Assembly: GCA_030390025.1 (NCBI GenBank)
Contig: CM059432.1
Span: 122,266,001-122,330,000 of the forward strand
DNA from: Squalus acanthias
Lineage: Eukaryota
DNA: 64,000 bases
Direction of reading: 5' to 3'
The position numbers and the translations under genes are program-made. Positions 39,693 through 48,998 of the stretch are shown in pieces (position 1 is the first letter of the stretch; the number at the start of each line of letters is the position of its first letter). The notes beneath the pieces were generated by a model that searched no databases, had not been told where the DNA came from, and was given only the letters and a program-made list of their open reading frames with translations.

Positions 39693-41408
39693 TGTAAGGG
39701 ATTCTCCTGCCCTGCGTGTCTCGTCGCCTGTGAGATTCACGCGGCTCTGTGCAGCCTGTATGTCAGTGCGGGTCTAGGCCTGGTTGCCTGTTCTGGTCTC
39801 CAGCCAGTCTGGGAACACTAGACACACCTGTGAGTGGTTCGAATCACTCTCCCTTACGGTTCTAGACACTGGACTTAGATGCGAGAGCAGTAATGGAGAT
39901 AAAACTCATGTAGACTTGGTTTGAATGGTACGAAATGGAAAATCTTTATTGCATGATACTTAAAATTATGAAATACATGTCATACGCACAGATTAATGAC
40001 AGTACAATCTTACAAACGGTTATAATCAATCTTAGGGAAACGAGGAACGAACGGCACAACGTGAATAGGGCACACATTACAAATATCCTTAATCTTTACA
40101 CCCTCCCCTATCAATATCTATCCTAAACTAGCTTCGTAGGATCTCGAGACTCATGCTCACCACTCGTAATAACTCGGAGAAATTCCGAATAGCTGATCGG
40201 ATGTTTTTCACCGCAGCACCCACGTGTCGGTCAGGAGATCTCCTGGTCCCACTTGTTTACTTGCTTCTGCTGCTCCGGCTAGTAGGCTGGACCGTCTGCT
40301 GTAGTGAAGACCTCTGTTGGTGGACTTCACAGTTTAGTCGAGGAGCACCGTTGTCAATATCATTGATACGATGTGTTTGCACAGTCCAGTTATCATTGAT
40401 GCAATATGTTTTGTTAGAAGTTTAAAGAGGAAAACTTCCTGGCGAGAAAACTTGGCTGATCGACCTACAGGCGCGGTCGGGATTTGCTGACCGTGGCGAT
40501 GGATATGGTCTTCTTCTCTTCTCCTCTCATCTCATCTCATCTCATCTCATCTCGGGCCTTTGGTTCCGCTGCCAGTTACCAACATAGGTCTTCGTTACGC
40601 GACACGAGGTAGATCCGAACAGATCAGAAAGTTCAACAGTCTTTTCAGAAGAGGCAACAGGCACGCAGAAGCCCAACTACGAGCACACAGGAGCAGCCAC
40701 GAGGTTACGAATCGACCGGATAAAACACAGGAGCAGCCACGATGATAAAAGCAGCAAGCGAGCAAGAGGCAAGAGAGAGAATGGACGGTTTGGAGCCTGC
40801 AATTATAGTGCAAAAATCTTCCGTTTCCCGCCCAACTATAATGTCCATTCTTTTGTTTAGGGTTTGGCGCCCAAATGTCTTGTATGGGTGATCTCCGTCC
40901 TTAATGGGTTTCGGGGCTACTCATGAATGTTTGAGTACCTGTTAATATTTCTCCCATTGTTAAATCGGTCGGTGTTCTCCCTGGAGGGGTTTGGGGCTTC
41001 CAAGTGTCCTGTATAACTACCTGCTAACGGCTCTCTCATCGTAGAGCCGTTGGGAGTTTACATATTAATGTCCTTTGGATGGGCCCTTAAGTACTTGGTA
41101 CAATGGCTTTCCTTTGTACCTGGGAGACCGATTCCAGTATCTATGTTTATACTGTAAACCCATAATGTCTCGTGTATTATCTTCACTGTGCTGAATCGTT
41201 ATCGATCTTGCAAAAATGTTTAATGGAACGCCATCTTGTCTGCCTGTTGAAAGGTCTAGAATGTTCTGTCACGAGGTGCGGCGGCCATTTTACAGGCTGC
41301 TTGTGTCCAATTTAAACCTGACAGCATTCTGTTGAAATAAAAGCTGTTTGAACGAAACTTTGTGTTTTCTCCTTATTAAGCAAATCGCGATAAATTGCGA
41401 ATTCTACA
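39693..41408 (-). repeat. 3' LTR (1716 bp)
   Basis: TG...CA ends; direct repeat of 50815-52531; AATAAA on minus strand at 39945-39950. Confidence 0.95.
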
Positions 41409-41421
41409 GTCCCTCCTGTTG
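41409..41421 (-). promoter_or_regulatory. Polypurine tract (3' PPT)
   Basis: CAACAGGAGGGAC directly abutting TGTAGAA start of 3' LTR. Confidence 0.8.
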
Positions 41422-41830
41422 ATGCGAATAACTCCGCTTATCGTATCAAAAATCTCAGTGGTGAGCAATCTTATCTCGATTTCACTCCGAATCCAGTAAA
41501 TTAATCCCATAAATTTTAACTTAACTAGGGTCTCTGTGTCGTCCTTATTTCCCAAGAAAATCACATTTTATATCACCGTAGGCATCATTTGCCCTTAAAC
41601 TTACACCACTTGTCTTCCTTCCCGGCGTAACCAGGCCGATACCTCACGCATCACCTGTATATTTGTCTTTTATTCAGGGAAAGGAAAAACAAAACCCAAA
41701 ACCAAACAATCAACACCATCACCAAAATAATCAAACCCCAACTCTTAAACATGTCGAGTTTCCAACGTATTTACAATGAGTACAAACTTCCGCGGCGCAC
41801 GTGGCGAGCGGGAGTGACGCCATTTTCCTA

Positions 41831-44181
41831 TTACACGGTGCTCTCATCGTGCACGCGCACGTAACGTTCTCGCCACTCTCCCGTGTTCTCATGCTTGGTG
41901 AGGCGCTTGTCTCTTTTACAATGTATGAACAATAGGTACACTACAATAAACACCTGACAGACGACTAAAATGTGGGAGGCTATTCGGATCCATGAAGGCA
42001 CTTCAATATTGGTGAACAGATTCCACCACGGTGGAACCACTATGTCCAAAATGTCTGTTCCTATCTCGACAGTTTTCTGCTCTAATGTATAAAAATGCTT
42101 CTGTGATACCGCGACGGCTTTCAGAAGTTTGGTTAAATGCTCAGGGAGAGGGGGAATGAGGTATCCAAAATGCGCGACAAATCGCTGCAAGTCGGTGAAA
42201 TTCTCTTTTACTGTGAGATGAACAGTGGATGGTTCAGGGATTGGGATAATTCGCTGTTGTGCTACTTGAACTTCAGCCCTGGGTTTAAAACAGAAACTGC
42301 TGTCACTCACCGGACACCGGCTACGGTTTCCATGCTGGTAGTGTTGCGCTGCAGTGGTAACACAATATGTTCCACCCCCGATGTATGCTACCTGCGGAGG
42401 CACATGATCTTGTGCCATTGCCTCCATGGTGCAATTCATGGACTTGGCGCCAGCCGTTCTGAACCCGCACTGTGGTGTTAAAAAGGCATTCAAGTGCTGG
42501 GGGCACAGTATTATGTGTGCTCCCTGCCACGACAACCAGAGAGATCTGTACCTGTCATCGTTTGCTCCCAGCGGATGACGTAAGGTGGAACCGCTGCATA
42601 ACGAATGTGGGCTCCCCCCTGAATGACACCAATGTTCTCTACCCGATACACCGGGGCGGGCTTTGCTGTGTTGCCCAAAACCGGCATGCGTAATACTATT
42701 CCCATAATAGTATGGTTTGAACGTCCACAGTCCACGGGGACTGGGTAAGCTTCTGAAGCTAGCCTGAGCTGGCACGGACTTAATGCGTTCTGAAAAGGGT
42801 GGAGCGCCCGCAGGTGTTTGTTACTTATCCAGGACGGAACCAAACCTTGTTTTAAATCCTCCAAATTACTGCAGCCCTCGCCCAGTAACCACGCCCCGTA
42901 AAGCACGCACACCTCGTTCTGCGCAGCCTGATCGGATGCATTCCGATCTTCCCTGATCAGGGCATTTACCGTACGCGCATGTTTCTCCAGCTCTGCTATG
43001 ATTTCCTTTAAATGGAGAGTCATGGCTTGGTCCTCATGCAGACCCGACCCTACCACTTTATTCTCATCTGTTAGAATGTCTTTTAACTGTGTTTTTAAAC
43101 CATTAATCTGGGTCTGCAGCTCCACACTGTCTAGAGCGTTGACCACAGATGTCCCTGTGTTAAAAGCAGTGAACGCATCGTTCACCAAACCCCTTCTTTG
43201 CCTCCCTACTTGATCCAAAACTTCCTGCGGTGCGGTGTATAAACTTGTCTTATCAATTTCTGCAAAATCAAACTCGTAAAATTGTCTGAACATCTTGGTC
43301 AACAGGACCTGATACAACTGTTCCGTCTTTTTGGGGCACCACTCTGGTAACCGTACCTCAGTGAGATTTAAAATCACCGAGGCCACCGCGTAATGTACCC
43401 CCTGAAATAGTATCTGGTCTGTGGGGACCAGTACCAAACCGTTCCCGGGTCCCTTACTAGTTTTAGGGCACCCTTCTTCCTCAGTTAGAACCACCGGAAT
43501 CGTGGGCGGGGCTTTGCGTGGGCGCGTAATGAGCTCAGTGGCATTTACTGGGATCGGGGAGAATGGGGCTCCGCACCCCCTGGTGCTCACATCCCACCTC
43601 ATCCCCTGTCCGTTATCCTGCCACTGATTAATAAAAAATATGGAGATGCCTTTGGGGCAAACGTACTTTGACCCCCACATACATACATAAATCCCCTCAT
43701 CCGGTTCCCACCATTTGTCCCAACAGACTTTCACTTGTCCGTCTGTCCCCGTAATTGTCCGATGGGTATTATTACCCAGTCGTTCCCACTCGACCGAAGA
43801 GTTCCTCATAGTTTTGCTCAGCTTTCGCAGCCACCACCATCGGCTCAATGGGACATCCCCACTACAGGTCAAACAAATCCGTTTGCCGACGGTGACGCTG
43901 ATCCTGGGTGCGATGATCCGTACTTTGGGGCACATTAAAGAAGTCTCTTTGTAGGCGAACCCCGATGTGCTGGAATACTCCGTTGAGTTCGTTCCCAGCC
44001 ATCCTGGCCACCTTCCCTTGTGGAAATAGGTGCTGGTCCCCTCTGCCTTCCGTCTTCCGGTCCCATCCACCGCGATGGGGGCCGTGTCCCCGGAACATCC
44101 AAACACCACGACATCCTTGGTGTGGCCTCGATAGGCCAATCCACATCCGATTGCCACGAGCAATACTAGAAGTCGTTCCAT
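41831..44181 (-). pseudogene. env: Envelope glycoprotein (signal peptide, Ig-like domain, class I fusion protein, TM), one frameshift at ~42514-42519
   Basis: MERLLVLLVAIGCGLA signal; CLTC..WWW..DEGIYVC; furin RQRR at 43192-43203 then GLVNDAFTAFNTGTSVVNA + heptad repeat; TM ILVVCQVFIVVYLLFIHC in second ORF; ~780 aa if repaired. Confidence 0.88.
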
Positions 44182-44474
44182 CCTTCCTTGGTTCCTGTGA
44201 TCAGATAGAATGAGGTAGCCAGCCTCGCAAAAGTCTCTGGCTTTTGTGAAGGGTGAGCGGGTCCCCTGACCTCGCCTCACGTAAACTTCAACGTTTGCTG
44301 AATAGACTTCCTCTAAAACCTAGCCTTAAAACTCCCACCATTTTATCGTTTTCTGTTAAAAACACTACAAACTTAGCCTTATTAAAACTTAAACTTAAAA
44401 CTTAACCTTGAACTATACACTTAAAACTTTAAAACTAAAACTTTACAGTGCCGCCCGTTCTCAGGGCGGCCCCT

Positions 44475-47400
44475 TTAAATTCTGAGAAGGCTGCTGCGAG
44501 CTCTTCCCGACGGTGGGAGGGCACTGACCCTTCCCTCTGATCTGCCGCAGCCTGTTGCTGCGCTGACCCTTTCCTCTGATCTGCCGCAGCCCGTTACTGC
44601 TGCGATGTGGCCTGTCTCTACCCGGGTTATCTTAACCTGAATTTTACGCCTTGGGGCAGTCTGGGGACATGACCACATCCTCCTGGGCTGGGGTTCTCTG
44701 CTTGACCTACGGGGAGTTGCTATGGGCGGGGGTTCCGTGACGGACGGACCGGGTTCCGAGACCTCCAACGGGATGACCTGGGGTTCCATCACAGTCGCCG
44801 GCTCCGCCTCCGCTGACTCCGCCTCCCTAACCTCGGGGCTGGCATTTCGTGGCTCCGCCCTGCTCGGCCCAGCAGGCGGCCCTTCACTCGTGATCTCTGC
44901 CTCCCCTGAGGACTGGACGTTCAAAGCGGGCGGCCACACCTCTGGGAACCACATTGGTACTCTCTGTGCTCCTATAGCGGCTGGCCCTGCCTCCTCTAGC
45001 TCCTCCCTCCTGTTGTCGGGACCTGCAGCTTGTGTGTCCACCCCGTGTGGATCTCTACCTATCGGCCCCATTCCTCCCAGACCGTTCCTCAGGAACCACC
45101 CGTCATCATCACTATGCTCATCTGCACTATCCTCATCTGACCAGGGTACCCTGGGTTCTTCGTCATCTAACCCCCAACTCCAGAAAAACGCTGCATGATC
45201 GTCCGGGATGTCCCTTCCCCTGATGCAAGCTGCTACGCCTGCCTGTGTGCCTTGTGGTCCTACCTGGGGCTGTGTTTTCCCATTGGCGGGATTTACCCCT
45301 GTAGTTTTCCCCTGCGCACCCGGCTGGTACAGTTTGCATTGGTTTATGTGGAACCACTTATTGCGCCGAGGTACTTTTACGGCGTAAACCATGGGACTCG
45401 CCTTGTCTACAATGTTGTAGGGTCCCATATACAGTGGTTCCAGACTCCCTACTCTGGCGTAGTTTCTGACCATGACCTGGTCTCCTACTTCCCACTCCCG
45501 CGTTTTGCGGGGTTCCAGCAACAAGCGATTGCCCTGATGCTGCCTTCCCATGTTCCCAGCCGCCTGCTCATAAACTTGCTTCAGGCGCTCCAAGAGAGTC
45601 TGGGCGAACTTGTCCCTGCTTATCTCTTGAAGCTGACCCTCAGTGAGCACCGGGGCTAGCACATGGGTGGGGGTTCGCATGAGCCTGCCGGTCATTACCT
45701 CGTGCGGGGAGTACCCCGTACTTTTTGACTGACTGGCCCGGACCCCCATGAGGACTAAAGGCAGAACTTCCGCCCATTTTTGGGGCGAGTTCCTAGTCTC
45801 TTTCCTCAATTTCTCCTTCAGGGTCCGGTTCATACGTTCAACAATCCCGGATGACTGGGGATTGTGTGCTACGTGCCACTTCCCTTCAATGCCCAAAAGC
45901 ATGAGGGTGTTCTGCATCACCTGGCCGGTGAAATGACTCCCTTGGTCTGACTCCACAAAACGGGGGAGTCCCCATCGCGAGAACACTTCCCGGACCAAGA
46001 TTTTTGCTGTACCCAGTGCCGTAGCTGTTCGACAAGGGAAGGCTTCCACCCACTTGGAAAACACATCTACCAGGACGAGGCAGTACTTATAACCTCCCTG
46101 GGTGGTGGGCAGGGGTCCTATATAGTCGATCTGTATCGACTGCCATGGTCCCTCTACCCTTCTTACGTGTCCCATGGGCACCTTCCTTTTCTGGGGGTCT
46201 GGGTTGTTTGCAGCGCACACAAGACAGTTTGCACAGAACTCGCGGACTTGTTCCCTGAGCCCTGGCCACCATCCCGCTTGCTCTACCCGTTGCCAGGTAA
46301 CCTCGGGCCCGGGGTGCCCTGCCCCTGGTCCCTCGTGAGCCAACTGGAGGAATTCCCTCCTGTGCTGCTGCGGCACAACCCACTGCTCCCCGCGGAACAG
46401 CATGCCTTCCTTAACTGAGAGGGTTGCCGTACTGTACGGACCTTCTACCTGTCTCCCCTCAGCAATCGTTTTTAGGACTGCTTTTAGGGCGGGATCCTGG
46501 GCTTGGACGGTCTTAAGGTCTAGGGGCAATGCTACCCTGGTGTTCCCGGTATTCCCGTCCCCGCCTCGGACCGCTGCTATGGGTCCGGTCCTATAGGGGT
46601 TCCAGAAAGTGCCGTCGCGGGCACCCTCCCTGGCTAGCGCATCCGCCTGCCGGTTGCCCTCCCCACGGGGCTCTGTGGAGGAGTGAGCTTTCACCTTATG
46701 GATGAAAATCTCTCCTTCCTCCCCTACTGCTGCTGCTAAGATCTTTTCCAGCAAGGGCTTCACCGTTAAAGGTCGCCCGTCCGCGGAGGTGTATCCGCGG
46801 CGGGACCAAATGGCCAGGTATTCCGTACACGAATTGCAGGTGAACATACTGTCCGAGCAAATCGTGTATGGGGTTGGGAAAATGTCTGGGTGGGTCACCA
46901 CGTACACCACGGCAGACAGCTCAGCTTGCTGCGCGCTCATGGTGCTAGGGAGCTTGATCGCCAGGGCAAGGTCTGCCGCAGGGTCATAAACTCCACACCC
47001 TGTGAGTCGCTCGCCAGCAGATACTGTGCTAGACCCATCAACATAAATCTCGCGCCCAGTGGGATGTATCCCGGCCCGTAAACCTATGTTGACGTCCCAC
47101 ACCCCTTCCACCGAACACCGGTGGGCTGTACCGGGGTATACCAAATTGGCCGCAAGCCTGGGCTCGCAAAGACCTTTTACTCTAAGATCCAACTGGGAGA
47201 GAAGAAGGGTCCAACGCGCAATGCGTGCGCTGCTTACGGTCCCGTCTTTAATCCTCCCATCCAGAAGCATCTTAGTTGGTGTGTGATGTGTGAGGAGAGT
47301 GATGGGAGAGAGCCCTGTGAAGATCGCTGATCTTTTCACAGCCCAATGCGTGGCTAAAAGGTGCCTTTCGCAATTGGAAAAACTTCTCTCCACATCCGTT

Positions 47401-48998
47401 AATACCCTGGATGAATAGACAACCGGCCTCAGCTTGCCGTGACGCTCTTGGAGCAGCACGGCGCTTAAGCTGTCCCCGCTGGCAGCTACCTCCAGGAAAA
47501 ACTCCTTCCCCCCATCTATGGCCCCTAAGGCTGGCGCGGTCTGCAGATCCCTTTTTAACTTCTCGAAGGCTGCTTGGCAGCCCTCGTCCCAAAGCCACTC
47601 CACCCCCTTATGGAGGAGTCGGAGGAGCGGCGCCGCTGTGGCCGCATAATCTTCGATAAAATCCCTGCAGTAACCGGTCAGTCCCAAGAAGGACCTCACA
47701 CCCCTTACGTTGCTGGGAATCGGTAATTCTTGCACCGACTCCCTCCTTGCTTTGTCTATGGCTCTTTCCCCAGCGCGTAGGGTCAGTCCCAGGAATTTTA
47801 CTTCCTGCTGACCGATACGTGCTTTCTTTGGGTTTACTTTAAAACCCTTTCTCGCTAACAGCTCCAATAACTCGTCCAGTAGTGGTCCGTGCTCCTCCCT
47901 TGAGTCCGTAAATAGGAGCAAATCATCCACATACTGTACTATCTGATTGGGCTGACTAAACTCCTTTAAACTTCCTGCCATACACTGATGAAAAATACTG
48001 GGGCTATTGTGGAAACCCTGTGGCAAACAGTTCCACGTGTACTGTTGCCCTTTAAACGTAAAGGCAAACTTGTACTGGTCCTCTCGCCGCAGCGGGATGG
48101 ACCAAAAACCGTTCGAGATATCCAGCACCGTGAACGTGGTCGCGGACGCTGGGATGCTCCCTATTAGGTCAGCAACTGCTGCTACTGTGGGCGCGCAGGC
48201 GGGAATGTTACTGTTAAGGACTCTGTAGTCCACCGTGGCTCTCCACGAATTATCCGGCTTCCTAACCGGCCATAATGGGGAGTTCACGTGTGTGGCTATC
48301 GGCCTCAACACGCCCTGCTGCACCAAGGAAGACATTGCTGTCTCCATATCGGGTTCTGCTTCTTTGGGGAAGTTATACTGCTTTTGGGGTCGGGTCATGG
48401 GGTCCCCATCTACGCTGACCTCAAACCCGACCACCCTCCCACAATCGTGCTTGTGGGTTGCAAACGCGTGCATGTTATCTGACACGTACGTTTGCATGTC
48501 CGTTGGGACATCTGCGACCATAAGCCTGAGGTCGTAGCCTCCGGATGGCTGTACGGTACACAGGACCCCTGTTTCTTCCTCCCCCGGAATCACCACTACC
48601 TCGCCTTTTTCACTCTTAGCCCCCCAGAGACAGTGATTTCTGAGGTCCACGAGGATCCCGTGTCCCGCTAGGAGATCGGACCCGAGAATACCTCTTCCAC
48701 CCCCCTTTTGCCATGCCATCAGTATACACTTCCACTTAAGGCGAAGTGTCCCTAAACGAATGGATAGCGGGAGGGAAAACGTGCCAGCCTGTTCTTTCCC
48801 TGTGAACCCTGCTAGCGTGAATGGGACCTTGGTAGATAGCGGCGAGTCAAAAGGGTCATCCGTATGGATTATGGTGCAAGAAGCTCCCGTATCCAACAAA
48901 TAACTGCCCTTCTGTTTCTCTACCTCCATCTCCACCACAGGTCGCCTCCACGCATCATAGCTGAGCGGACACAGGTAGACGGGCTGTGCTGGTTCTAG
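44475..48998 (-). CDS. pol: Pol polyprotein: protease, RT, tether, RNase H, integrase, C-terminal extension (probably expressed by gag readthrough)
   Basis: LLDTGAS; LPQGFHNSP; YVDD (47922-47933); IYVDGSS/AQQAEL/SDS/GNRQAD; HHCC, D-D-E (QIDYIG, ESDQG, IVERMN), GPY; open reading from the codon after the gag TGA. Confidence 0.95.
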   Translation of the reverse strand, partial: LEPAQPVYLCPLSYDAWRRPVVEMEVEKQKGSYLLDTGASCTIIHTDDPFDSPLSTKVPFTLAGFTGKEQAGTFSLPLSIRLGTLRLKWKCILMAWQKGGGRGILGSDLLAGHGILVDLRNHCLWGAKSEKGEVVVIPGEEETGVLCTVQPSGGYDLRLMVADVPTDMQTYVSDNMHAFATHKHDCGRVVGFEVSVDGDPMTRPQKQYNFPKEAEPDMETAMSSLVQQGVLRPIATHVNSPLWPVRKPDNSWRATVDYRVLNSNIPACAPTVAAVADLIGSIPASATTFTVLDISNGFWSIPLRREDQYKFAFTFKGQQYTWNCLPQGFHNSPSIFHQCMAGSLKEFSQPNQIVQYVDDLLLFTDSREEHGPLLDELLELLARKGFKVNPKKARIGQQEVKFLGLTLRAGERAIDKARRESVQELPIPSNVRGVRSFLGLTGYCRDFIEDYAATAAPLLRLLHKGVEWLWDEGCQAAFEKLKRDLQTAPALGAIDGGKEFFLEVAASGDSLSAVLLQERHGKLRPVVYSSRVLTDVERSFSNCERHLLATHWAVKRSAIFTGLSPITLLTHHTPTKMLLDGRIKDGTVSSARIARWTLLLSQLDLRVKGLCEPRLAANLVYPGTAHRCSVEGVWDVNIGLRAGIHPTGREIYVDGSSTVSAGERLTGCGVYDPAADLALAIKLPSTMSAQQAELSAVVYVVTHPDIFPTPYTICSDSMFTCNSCTEYLAIWSRRGYTSADGRPLTVKPLLEKILAAAVGEEGEIFIHKVKAHSSTEPRGEGNRQADALAREGARDGTFWNPYRTGPIAAVRGGDGNTGNTRVALPLDLKTVQAQDPALKAVLKTIAEGRQVEGPYSTATLSVKEGMLFRGEQWVVPQQHRREFLQLAHEGPGAGHPGPEVTWQRVEQAGWWPGLREQVREFCANCLVCAANNPDPQKRKVPMGHVRRVEGPWQSIQIDYIGPLPTTQGGYKYCLVLVDVFSKWVEAFPCRTATALGTAKILVREVFSRWGLPRFVESDQGSHFTGQVMQNTLMLLGIEGKWHVAHNPQSSGIVERMNRTLKEKLRKETRNSPQKWAEVLPLVLMGVRASQSKSTGYSPHEVMTGRLMRTPTHVLAPVLTEGQLQEISRDKFAQTLLERLKQVYEQAAGNMGRQHQGNRLLLEPRKTREWEVGDQVMVRNYARVGSLEPLYMGPYNIVDKASPMVYAVKVPRRNKWFHINQCKLYQPGAQGKTTGVNPANGKTQPQVGPQGTQAGVAACIRGRDIPDDHAAFFWSWGLDDEEPRVPWSDEDSADEHSDDDGWFLRNGLGGMGPIGRDPHGVDTQAAGPDNRREELEEAGPAAIGAQRVPMWFPEVWPPALNVQSSGEAEITSEGPPAGPSRAEPRNASPEVREAESAEAEPATVMEPQVIPLEVSEPGPSVTEPPPIATPRRSSREPQPRRMWSCPQTAPRRKIQVKITRVETGHIAAVTGCGRSEERVSAATGCGRSEGRVSALPPSGRARSSLLRI

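Noticed and set aside
39935..40813. Short ORFs in the LTR as accessory genes
   Set aside because: Mostly antisense, 60-90 aa, no recognisable motifs; duplicated only because the LTR is duplicated
41831..42775. Independent fourth viral gene
   Set aside because: Its C-terminal ~227 aa are the missing Cys-rich/HR2/TM part of Env; the N-terminal part is off-frame env sequence
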